Part shown: one piece after another, positions 50,649 to 59,218 of the stretch
Numbering within the stretch: position 1 is the first letter of the stretch
Layout: each line of letters begins with the position of its first letter
Source of the DNA: a virus
Virus record (IMG/VR): IMGVR_UViG_3300028840_005764
Span: 78,862 to 142,861 of that record
Direction: 5' to 3' (one strand)
Length of the DNA: 64,000 bases
Translations under genes and position numbers: made by a program
The notes under the pieces: model-generated
Databases searched by the model: none
The model's input: the letters and a program-made list of their open reading frames with translations, nothing else
Told to the model about the DNA's origin: nothing

Positions 50649-50710
50649 GGTCGGACGTCGGAGGCGCGTGACTGGAGATGATCGCGTTTTCTGGCGTCCG
50701 GCCACCTTTT
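50649..50710 (+). terminator. long hairpin terminator
   Basis: GGTCGGACGTCGGAGGCGCG/CGCGTTTTCTGGCGTCCGGCC followed by ACCTTTT. Confidence 0.6.
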
Positions 50711-51140
50711 GGATGCCACAATGTCCAGATCAAGAAGAAATCGCCGCAATAAACAAAAGCAACCATCGACCCTCGACGAATCAGAACATCAGCCTACAGA
50801 TGAAGAGCTTGGTTATAAGACCAAGAATGTGCATCAAGTTTCAGTTCAATGTATACCATCATTGAATAAAGAGCAGGGTGTAGTTTATTTTGACGTTCGT
50901 GTTGAACCTGAGTTTCTACGTAGCGTGATTGGTCGTACACGCCACAGCGTGGCGTTAGTTGATTTGGAACGTCTTGGGAAAAAGCCAAACGAAATAGCTG
51001 CTGAGTTAGCCCAGCAAACTATGATTTTTCTCGAACGATACATAGGAAAGATGTCTGACAAGGTTAAAAAGGACAAAGCTAAGGTTATAGAAAAATATAG
51101 TATCAAAAAGATACGACGTCGTGTTCCAGAAGGAGAATAA
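50709..51140 (+). CDS. hypothetical protein
   Basis: ORF in operon. Confidence 0.5.
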   Translation: MDATMSRSRRNRRNKQKQPSTLDESEHQPTDEELGYKTKNVHQVSVQCIPSLNKEQGVVYFDVRVEPEFLRSVIGRTRHSVALVDLERLGKKPNEIAAELAQQTMIFLERYIGKMSDKVKKDKAKVIEKYSIKKIRRRVPEGE

Positions 51141-51141
51141 C

Positions 51142-51429
51142 ATGCCCAGGCCAGTAATCACATATCCTGAGTTAGGGAAAGAGATTGGTGAGCTACTTGA
51201 GAAAAAGCAAGCCGCATACGGCGACTCATTTGGCAAAGCCGGTAGGGTAATGGATATCCTATATCCCGAGGGCATTTCTCTTGAACATGTGGATGATGCT
51301 CTGGTTGTTGTACGCATTATTGACAAACTGTTTCGTATCGCTACAGACAAAGACGCATTAGGCGAGAGTCCTTGGCGTGATATTGCGGGATACGCCATTC
51401 TCGCGTTGAAACGAGATTCAGATATTTAA
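51142..51429 (+). CDS. small helical phage protein (DUF1599-like)
   Basis: KKQAAYGDSF, RIIDKLFRI, DIAGYAIL. Confidence 0.6.
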   Translation: MPRPVITYPELGKEIGELLEKKQAAYGDSFGKAGRVMDILYPEGISLEHVDDALVVVRIIDKLFRIATDKDALGESPWRDIAGYAILALKRDSDI

Positions 51430-51910
51430 TATTGACGCGTGGTATTGATGTGGTCATCAGGGGACAAAAAATAGTTGATAGGATTATTGAGCTTCTTCAG
51501 AAGGATCCTGAGCTGACTGATTTCGCATTACGTGAACGTCTTGGTGTTACTCAGTCTACAGTTAAGAAAGCCAGGAAACTAGCTGGTATTGAAGCACCAG
51601 AACCAGTCAATAAACACTACAAAATTAAGACTCCAGAACGTTGGCCGACGCCAGTGAAAGAGGATAGTGACTGAAGTGGTTAGTTCTAACAAAATTCCTG
51701 GGAATTGGCTTAATGCTTTGGAGATGGCCGACAAGATTGCGGAGATCATTAAGGAGACTAGAGACAATCCGACAGTGATTGGTCATATAGAAGCATTGAA
51801 ACGTATTGCTCAATTGATTGGGATGGAAGAAGAGGTCGAGGAAAAATGAGCTGGATGTGTGAGAAGACGTCTTTGTCCAGGGCTCTGTACGACGAGATCG
51901 GGAAGTTGCT

Positions 51911-52294
51911 ATGACCGTCTTACAACCCATGTTCGTGGCCGTTGGCGTCTTTGTCGATCTGACCTGGCAGCAGATGGCCGAGAATCTGTGTTCGAGGTCG
52001 GTTTTAGATGGTACGTCCCTGGCTAAATACGATCGACCGTGGTCGGAGTTGTGTGGGTATGAGCAGAGAAACGTGGCCCTGCATCTCGGCCACCATTTCG
52101 GTGTCGAGGTTCGTGACCATCGCGAGTACGGTGTGTTCAAGACTTTCGTCTGCTCACTCGTCGGTCAGATCAACGAGTCTATCGCCGTCGGCCGTCTTGA
52201 CGTGTCCTGGGACGACGTGAACTCGAAGGTTATGTTAGTCAAGAGGGCCGCGGGGGGCGGTGACGTAAGACTCTATATGAGTAGGGGTTTCTGA
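51911..52294 (+). CDS. hypothetical protein
   Basis: ORF upstream of thyA. Confidence 0.4.
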   Translation: MTVLQPMFVAVGVFVDLTWQQMAENLCSRSVLDGTSLAKYDRPWSELCGYEQRNVALHLGHHFGVEVRDHREYGVFKTFVCSLVGQINESIAVGRLDVSWDDVNSKVMLVKRAAGGGDVRLYMSRGF

Positions 52295-52336
52295 TGACGA
52301 CTACTTCTTTGGGTTCATGGATGTTGGAGGATTGAG

Positions 52337-53284
52337 ATGAGACAATACCTGCAGCTGCTGCGAGACATCAAGGAATACGGCGTCTTCAAGGGTGACCGGA
52401 CTGGGACTGGGACTCAGAGTCTCTTTGGCGCCCAGAGTCGCTACGACTTGCGCGAGGGTTTCCCACTGATGACGACGAAGAAGATGTTCACCAGGGGCAT
52501 CTTCGAGGAGCTGCTGTGGTTCATTCGTGGCTCGACCAACGTCCGCGAGCTCCAGGAGAAAAAGGTCAAGATCTGGGACGAGTGGACCCGGCCCGGTGGC
52601 CACAGTGCCGGACCCGTCTACGGCAAGCAGTGGCGCCATTGGGGCACGGACACCGAGACCCTGGTCGATGACGTCGGCAACCATCTCGGTCACTACCGGG
52701 GCGGTCGGGACCAGCTCCTGGAGCTTATCGCCCGCATCAAAGAAAAACCAGACGACAGGCGCCTGATCGTCACGGCCTGGAACCCTGACGAGGTGCCGCT
52801 GATGGCGCTGCCCTCGTGCCACATCCTCTTCCAGTGCTGGACGCGGGAGTTGACGCTGGAGGAGAGAGGTGAATGGGCCCAACACAATGAGACCAAATCT
52901 CTGGGGCATTTCGGCGAACCAAGTCATGACTTTTGTACGCGTATTGGCATCCCGCGTCGGGGCCTGACCCTACAGCTCTACCAGCGTAGCTGCGACGTCT
53001 TCCTCGGCGTCCCGTTCAACATCGCCTCCTACGCCCTGCTCACGCACATGATCGCCCAGGTCTGCGGGATGGTGGCCCTCGAATTCGTCCACACCTACGG
53101 CGACGTCCATATATACAACAATCACCGTGAGCAGGTTGACTTGCAACTGGCGAGGGAACCAAAGCCACTACCAAAGCTCTGGCTCGACCCGACGGTCAAG
53201 AACATTGACGACTTTCGGATGGAACACATTAAGGTGGAGGGCTACGAATACCATCCCAAGATCAGGGCTGAGGTTAGTGTTTGA
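52337..53284 (+). CDS. thyA: thymidylate synthase
   Basis: DRTGTGT, PLMTTKK, ALPSCH, YQRSCDVFLGVPFN, HIYNNH. Confidence 0.97.
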   Translation: MRQYLQLLRDIKEYGVFKGDRTGTGTQSLFGAQSRYDLREGFPLMTTKKMFTRGIFEELLWFIRGSTNVRELQEKKVKIWDEWTRPGGHSAGPVYGKQWRHWGTDTETLVDDVGNHLGHYRGGRDQLLELIARIKEKPDDRRLIVTAWNPDEVPLMALPSCHILFQCWTRELTLEERGEWAQHNETKSLGHFGEPSHDFCTRIGIPRRGLTLQLYQRSCDVFLGVPFNIASYALLTHMIAQVCGMVALEFVHTYGDVHIYNNHREQVDLQLAREPKPLPKLWLDPTVKNIDDFRMEHIKVEGYEYHPKIRAEVSV

Positions 53285-53563
53285 TGGCAAAATCATATGA
53301 GCTCGCCACACCATGTCCAAATTGCGGTCAACAGGATTATTATGATGCCTGGGCTGGTGCGCGCCAGTGGTCTTCAAGTTGGGGTCACAATTACACATGT
53401 TGTTCAGAAGAATGTGGGCGTGAATTTGGTAAAAAGCTCGCTAATAGCAAGAAAGGCGAACGTATCCGTGAATTGAAAAGTAAAATAGCGCAGTTGGAAA
53501 TGGAAATAATGGAACTAGCATATGAAGTTATGCATGGGAATCTTGATTAACTGGAGGATTGAC

Positions 53564-54079
53564 ATGGATATTACAATGTTGATTGCAATTGCAGATAACA
53601 ACGTTATTGGTGATGGTGGTAAGCTCCCTTGGCATTTGTCATCTGACCTGAAGCGTTTCAAACGCATGACCATGGGCAAGTGTGTCATCGTGGGGCGCAA
53701 GACGTACGAGTCGATGCCAGAGCTCAAGGGCCGTGAGGTCATTGTCGTGACCAAACGCGGGGTACCGTGCGATATGTGGGCTGAGACCCCTGAGAAGGCT
53801 TTGGCAATGGCAGTAACCGTTTCCAGCCTCATAGGGGCTGGTGAAATCATTGTTGCTGGCGGCAAGATGATTTATGAAGCTATGGAAGAATATCTTACCA
53901 AAGCTGTAGTTACACATCTTTTCGATACTCCGTTTGGAGATACGATCTACAAACTCGGCATCCGTGCTATTGACAACGCGAACTGGGGGTGGAACGTACT
54001 CGAGAGAGGGCGCGACAAGAGCAAGATCAATAATAGAGAAATTGGTTACGAAGTTCTGGTTGGCAGGAGACTGTGTTAG
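53564..54079 (+). CDS. folA: dihydrofolate reductase
   Basis: IG..GKLPWHLSSDLKRFKRMT, GRKTYES, AGG. Confidence 0.9.
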   Translation: MDITMLIAIADNNVIGDGGKLPWHLSSDLKRFKRMTMGKCVIVGRKTYESMPELKGREVIVVTKRGVPCDMWAETPEKALAMAVTVSSLIGAGEIIVAGGKMIYEAMEEYLTKAVVTHLFDTPFGDTIYKLGIRAIDNANWGWNVLERGRDKSKINNREIGYEVLVGRRLC

Positions 54080-54151
54080 CCCCCGTAGCTCAGCGGTCAG
54101 AGCCGCCGCCTCATAAGCGGACGGTCGTAGGTTCAAATCCTGCCGGGGGCA
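54079..54151 (+). tRNA. tRNA with CAT anticodon (elongator Met or Ile2)
   Basis: CCGC-CTCATAA-GCGG; GTTCAAATC. Confidence 0.85.
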
Positions 54152-54184
54152 TTTAATTACAAACAACAGTGAAAGGATATCACA

Positions 54185-54649
54185 ATGCCAACACAAGAGT
54201 ATTTAGAAAGAAAAAAAATAGCCGCTAAAAAGATAGAATCAGCTAGATGGTTAATGAAAAAACAACCAAACATATCAAATCAAGAAATAAATGAGCGATT
54301 TGGTGCACAGTTCGGGTCTATGATTGATGGTTCGTCTCTTGCTAAACTTCGCGAAGAACTTGGCATATCTGGACCTGGTCGTGGTGCTAAGCGCTCGAAG
54401 CGTAAGAAAACAAAACGTAAGAAATCAAAGGGAAAGAATACAAAAAATCTACATATGAAAGATTTACATGACATTGGTGTTCTTAAACAACCAAAAGAAG
54501 TAGATACAGAATTATCTGATGCCATAGATTTTTTGTATGCCTTGATGATTGATAATAATATACAAAATATACATATGAATATTGACGGAGATGTTTCAAT
54601 TGAAAGACTTACTAGCGTGAGCTATACAGCAACAACAGTGGAGGAATGA
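54185..54649 (+). CDS. basic hypothetical protein
   Basis: AAGGA RBS. Confidence 0.55.
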   Translation: MPTQEYLERKKIAAKKIESARWLMKKQPNISNQEINERFGAQFGSMIDGSSLAKLREELGISGPGRGAKRSKRKKTKRKKSKGKNTKNLHMKDLHDIGVLKQPKEVDTELSDAIDFLYALMIDNNIQNIHMNIDGDVSIERLTSVSYTATTVEE

Positions 54650-55053
54650 TGCACAATCGTATGCGGCTGGTTTTTGTCCAGCAGGATGTTGATTTTCGTA
54701 AGAGCGACGAATCAATTCTCGACGCGTGTCTTAAAGAAGAAGGTAAGAATCTTCCTGCTTTGCGACCGAATGACGTGCTGATGTTCGTATCAAAAAGCGG
54801 TAACCAGATTCTCTTCATTTTGAATTTTGGTGAGCTCGACACCTATACCGGCTACATTCGCAGATTCATCGACACCCGACGTTGGCGCCTGTGCGGTGGT
54901 GGCAGATGGAATCCGTTGATGATCAAGAACTATGGTCTTGAAGTTGGCATTGATTTTGTCAATCTGAGAAAATATGATGAGATCATAGAGGAAAAGATTC
55001 GCGCTCGAACAGGTGGCAATGTCATCAAACTCAGAAAACGTCACGCCGCTTAG
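54646..55053 (+). CDS. IS66 TnpB (OrfB)-like stand-alone protein
   Basis: VDFRKS...DVLMFVSKSGNQILFI...RL..GR resembles the IS66 accessory protein. Confidence 0.45.
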   Translation: MMHNRMRLVFVQQDVDFRKSDESILDACLKEEGKNLPALRPNDVLMFVSKSGNQILFILNFGELDTYTGYIRRFIDTRRWRLCGGGRWNPLMIKNYGLEVGIDFVNLRKYDEIIEEKIRARTGGNVIKLRKRHAA

Positions 55054-55345
55054 TCCTTTCTCTATCCAACAACACATAAAGAAGGAGTAGTCGTATGAGA
55101 TACGATGAAGATATGTTTTTGCGTACTGAGTCTGGTACCATGGAATATTTGTGGGATAAATGGTGGAAAAAGCTTTGGTTGTCATTCGCACAACACAGTA
55201 CAAAGGGGTTGATGGAACCACCATCATTTTTGAGAAAAGAATTCTATAGAGATGTCAATATTGTGGTAGAAAATAGATTAAAGGAAATTGCACCGGAGAA
55301 GTGTGTCGCTGGAAGCATCCGTCTCAAACGAGATATGTGAGGTTG

Positions 55346-55954
55346 ATGATGAAAGTGAAAGATTTTGTTGTTGGATTGTGGCTTTATTTGTGGATTCGTT
55401 TTTTTCTATTCTTTGATATGAGAAAATTTCAGATTGAAAAATCTCGTGCAATACGTGAGAGCAAAGAAGAGAGAATGTCTTTTGATACTTTTAATAGCCC
55501 AGAAACTATTGAAAATATATTCAAAGTTGTAAGATATCGTTCAGATCCTGTTGGAGGATTGTGGGATTATATTAGTGATCCAGAGCATATGTATTTCAAA
55601 ATAAAGACATGGAACTATCAAGAATTTCCAGAAGGCCCATATATCGGCGATTGTGATGATTATGCATTTATGTTCGCGAAATTAATAGTACTCGTTGAAG
55701 GAGTTTCCGAAGTACAACTTTTAAGCACATGTTATCGTGGAAGTGCACACACAACATGTTTATACAAATATGATGAAAAAATGTATATGTTTGATTATGG
55801 TATTATGGAAGTTGAAGATTCTTTTTCAGCTGCGCGTTCGGTGGCGGAACGACATTCGAAAGATAAATCACCTGTAATTCGTTTTACTGTTGTAGAACAA
55901 GTGCTGAAGGACAAATCGTATCCGGTTAAGGCAAAAGCCAGACTATTCAAATAG
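55346..55954 (+). CDS. transglutaminase-like cysteine-protease-fold protein
   Basis: GDCDDYA...AHT...MFD triad-like motifs. Confidence 0.6.
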   Translation: MMKVKDFVVGLWLYLWIRFFLFFDMRKFQIEKSRAIRESKEERMSFDTFNSPETIENIFKVVRYRSDPVGGLWDYISDPEHMYFKIKTWNYQEFPEGPYIGDCDDYAFMFAKLIVLVEGVSEVQLLSTCYRGSAHTTCLYKYDEKMYMFDYGIMEVEDSFSAARSVAERHSKDKSPVIRFTVVEQVLKDKSYPVKAKARLFK

Positions 55955-56503
55955 GAATACAGCAGCGGCAACCACAGTCGTCCACACCCCTTTTTTGCTA
56001 GCCCCCTGAGCAGCCGTTGTAATCTCTGTGCTTGTTATGACCTTGCCACTCATTTCGTAAATTTCTTTGCGCTCATTGTAGTCGGCGTCCGGATCGAACT
56101 CGACACCAAGGGTGCTTGCCAACATTGTTGCTGCGAGGTCCTCTGCGTATTCACCAGCTTCGCCAGCGAGTTTTCCGTAGCTGTGGTACTCAGACAGATA
56201 ACCCCAGTGACTGTTGTCTACAGGGCGTGCTAGGCCGATACTGGCTGAGATTATTCTACCGGGTTCGTTGGTGCTGCATTTCGACATCACAGTGAAGCAT
56301 ATGGAGCCAGGAGGCAATGCGTCCTTTGGCACGGATTCACGTGATATGACCTCACAGTGTGGTGGGCAGATACTGGATACTGTGACCAAGTTGAGGTTGG
56401 CGATCCCAGCATCGCGTAATGCCATTTCGAAACTGGAAAGTTGGGCATTGCACGTGCCAATGCCTTTGGTCAAGAAGAGTTTCTTTGGTATGAATGTATA
56501 CAT
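55943..56503 (-). CDS. pdaD: pyruvoyl-dependent arginine decarboxylase
   Basis: SFEMALRDAGI..NLVTVSSICPP self-cleavage motif; WTTVVAAAV. Confidence 0.9.
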   Translation of the reverse strand: MYTFIPKKLFLTKGIGTCNAQLSSFEMALRDAGIANLNLVTVSSICPPHCEVISRESVPKDALPPGSICFTVMSKCSTNEPGRIISASIGLARPVDNSHWGYLSEYHSYGKLAGEAGEYAEDLAATMLASTLGVEFDPDADYNERKEIYEMSGKVITSTEITTAAQGASKKGVWTTVVAAAVFLFE

Positions 56504-56513
56504 GTTGATACTC

Positions 56514-57326
56514 CTACCAAAAAAAGAACGGCTTTTTTATGATTTCTTCCCTTGGTTCGTACATGTCTTTCATCTCTTCTATTGTTGCGTGTTCGTTATT
56601 CCTTCTGTCGATTTTGAAATTGTCTGTTGATGATTCTTCTTCTGGGAATATCGAATCAAGAATCTTTTTGAATGGAAATGCAGGTCCTGGGTCTAATTTT
56701 CTCGTAGGATCTACATCTGAATGCCCTACAATAAAGTCTCGTGCAATATGTGGATGTCTATCAAGAATATCATTTAGAAGTATTTCTACAGCTTGTAGCA
56801 CTGGAGATTGATATGGTTCCCACAAATCAACAGTATTGTCACCAGGCCAATATTTGTTTCTTTTCATTACTTCTGTTGTAGTGGCGTGTATGCGCGGGGA
56901 ATCCCCAGAATACGGATGTGTCCAACGTCGATATCTTGTGTATATTTCACCTATTGCTCTTTGTACACGCGCGCCACTGGCCAATGTGACTGGCGCTTCA
57001 TGCTGTGTGCATTTGTATAGGTTTCCCCAGTTGCTGATTTCAATTCCTATTGTCCACAGATTGAGTGAACCACGCCCGTGTAGCATTGGTTTTGTTGCTG
57101 AACTTCCAGCGTGCCATGCGGCACGATTTTCTTGAATCATCTGTGTGATTTTCCCGTTACGCGCTATCACATAATGCGCAGAGGCCTTTGCCTGTTCCAT
57201 CTGGAACCATTTGATGGTCCCTGCAGTACTACCGCCTGCAGTGTAATGTATAATAATCCCATCGACATCATTGCCTTTTCTGCTTGAGCTGTTGGGAGAT
57301 GGTCTGAATTGGTAATTGCCCATCAC
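56514..57326 (-). CDS. N-acetylmuramoyl-L-alanine amidase (Amidase_2), probable endolysin
   Basis: IIIHYT, ASAHY, AWHAG, IGIE, GHSDV...KLDPG. Confidence 0.9.
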   Translation of the reverse strand: MMGNYQFRPSPNSSSRKGNDVDGIIIHYTAGGSTAGTIKWFQMEQAKASAHYVIARNGKITQMIQENRAAWHAGSSATKPMLHGRGSLNLWTIGIEISNWGNLYKCTQHEAPVTLASGARVQRAIGEIYTRYRRWTHPYSGDSPRIHATTTEVMKRNKYWPGDNTVDLWEPYQSPVLQAVEILLNDILDRHPHIARDFIVGHSDVDPTRKLDPGPAFPFKKILDSIFPEEESSTDNFKIDRRNNEHATIEEMKDMYEPREEIIKKPFFFW

Positions 57327-57331
57327 ATCCT

Positions 57332-58240
57332 CTACAAATTTAGTAGCAGGGTCATTGTTTCTGGATCTCTATATATACTTCGAAACTTCAAATCTCTTAA
57401 CAATGAAAGTAATCTTTTTGGTTTTTGTTTTCTTCCGTTCAAACGTACCAATTCTATATCTCGTTTTAATTGAGTTATTTTAAGAAATGTTTTCACGTCT
57501 TCTTGTGCAGATTCTAGTTTCTCTTTAATCTTTGGTGTCATTTTTATATATTCTCTAGCAGCATAAACGTTATTAACTGTTGGTCTTACAAATTGTGAAA
57601 ATATATTTTTTACAGCTATTTTGCCAAGACCTTTGGCTCCAGGAATGTTATCTGTGGTATCGCCGACAAAAGCCAAATAATGTGGATAATATTTTGGTTG
57701 GAATCCATATTCTGCTATGAACGCCTTGATATTCCATAGTTTTGTATCACCGTGTTTCATTCTGATCACAACTGTACCTGGCGCTATCATTTGGAACATG
57801 TCGTGATCGTTGGAGAGAATGAAATATTTTGGGCCTGGATTTTGTGCGATATAGGAAGCAATGATGTCATCACCTTCTTCACCGAACACTCGATATTGAG
57901 GGATGCCATCTAATTGTAGGATTTTTTTACAATAATCTAACGACGTAATGACATCGTCAAAATTCATATTTTTTGTTTTGAATTTTCTACCTTTTTTATA
58001 GTCGGGATATATTTCTTTTTTTCTTTTTGCGCCGCCATCCCAAAATACTATGAAATATTTTGGGTCATATCTTTTTTTAATATGTATTAACGTTTTAACG
58101 AATCCAAATATTAATCCAGTATAGATAACCTCATCATCAATATTTGTTGAGAATTGTTCATGTGCGAATAAGCTTCTAAATGCTAATGCGTTACCGTCTA
58201 CAAGAATTATACGATTTTTGTTTCTTTTTTTTTCTTTCAT
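57332..58240 (-). CDS. 5'-3' exonuclease (PolI N-terminal/FEN-like)
   Basis: LVDGN, YKKGR, EGDDII, SNDHD, GDTTDNIPG. Confidence 0.92.
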   Translation of the reverse strand: MKEKKRNKNRIILVDGNALAFRSLFAHEQFSTNIDDEVIYTGLIFGFVKTLIHIKKRYDPKYFIVFWDGGAKRKKEIYPDYKKGRKFKTKNMNFDDVITSLDYCKKILQLDGIPQYRVFGEEGDDIIASYIAQNPGPKYFILSNDHDMFQMIAPGTVVIRMKHGDTKLWNIKAFIAEYGFQPKYYPHYLAFVGDTTDNIPGAKGLGKIAVKNIFSQFVRPTVNNVYAAREYIKMTPKIKEKLESAQEDVKTFLKITQLKRDIELVRLNGRKQKPKRLLSLLRDLKFRSIYRDPETMTLLLNL

Positions 58241-58337
58241 AGTTCTTCTTCCTCTTATAAATTGTTTTTGGAGTTTTCTATACCATATCCATTACTTGTC
58301 ATGATGAGAAAAATATTCTAAACTTTATTTTGGGGAT

Positions 58338-58880
58338 ATGGAGAAAAAGATGGCTCGTAATACAAGAAAGAAAGTCCTTAAGTTCAAGCAACGTCGAGCG
58401 ATTTCTCTGCTCACTGCTTACATGCAAGATGAACAAATCGTTGCCGATGAGGTTGGTGTCAAGCTCACTACACTCCGTAACTGGATGAAGCAAGACCGCT
58501 TCAAGCAGCAGTTGGAAGCCGCCATGCAGCGCGTCGAGGCGTACGACGCGCGGTACCGAACAACCCAGAACAGGGCGTTGGCCACCCAGCTCTATGATGA
58601 AGCGCATCGGCGCGTCGCGATGCGCAAAGACATCCAGGCTATGTCTTTCCCGTCGTTGATGAAGCAGATCCAAGCCATCAACCATGAAGTCAGGATCGAC
58701 ACTGGTGAAGCAACAGGTCGCTCGAAAGTCGAGCATGAGCACAAGCATGAATTTGACTTGGACATGTTGATTCAGAGGTTCAGAGATAACGAAGCCAGCG
58801 ATATTCATCCGCATTTGCGTTTGGTGGAATCGCCGGCCGAGGACGAAGAAGACGAAGAGAAGGAGGCCGCAAGTGGCTGA
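58338..58880 (+). CDS. probable terminase small subunit (HTH)
   Basis: VADEVGVKLTTLRNW HTH; upstream of TerL. Confidence 0.55.
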   Translation: MEKKMARNTRKKVLKFKQRRAISLLTAYMQDEQIVADEVGVKLTTLRNWMKQDRFKQQLEAAMQRVEAYDARYRTTQNRALATQLYDEAHRRVAMRKDIQAMSFPSLMKQIQAINHEVRIDTGEATGRSKVEHEHKHEFDLDMLIQRFRDNEASDIHPHLRLVESPAEDEEDEEKEAASG

Positions 58881-59199
58881 AAAAAAGAAGAAGAAAAAGG
58901 GTGGTATTGGCGATGTTCTTCTTGGTGAGATGAAAGTCGAGCCAGATGAAGACGAAATCACGAAGGAGGTGCCGGTGCCGGTATCGGCGGAAGAGCCCAA
59001 AGTGATGGCGGAGCCCCCGAAGCCTTTGGCAGAGCCAGAAAAACCAGCTCCCAAAGAGCCAGCTAAGAAGCTGGTGGCGTCTCCAACTGCCCCTGGCGTC
59101 AAAAAGATGCTTGACCACAATCCGACTATGCTGCGCAAACATCACTCCATCATGAATCAGAAAGCCCCATCGTCACGGAAGTATTTCCAGTCTCGATGA
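58873..59199 (+). CDS. Pro/Lys-rich hypothetical protein
   Basis: coupled ORF. Confidence 0.5.
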   Translation: MAEKKKKKKGGIGDVLLGEMKVEPDEDEITKEVPVPVSAEEPKVMAEPPKPLAEPEKPAPKEPAKKLVASPTAPGVKKMLDHNPTMLRKHHSIMNQKAPSSRKYFQSR

Positions 59200-59218
59200 G
59201 TTTGCGTCAGGACAAGAC

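Noticed and set aside
4604-54151. Stop-codon reassignment or suppressor tRNAs
   Set aside because: No CTA/TTA/TCA anticodons were found, and conserved genes are full length in the standard code.
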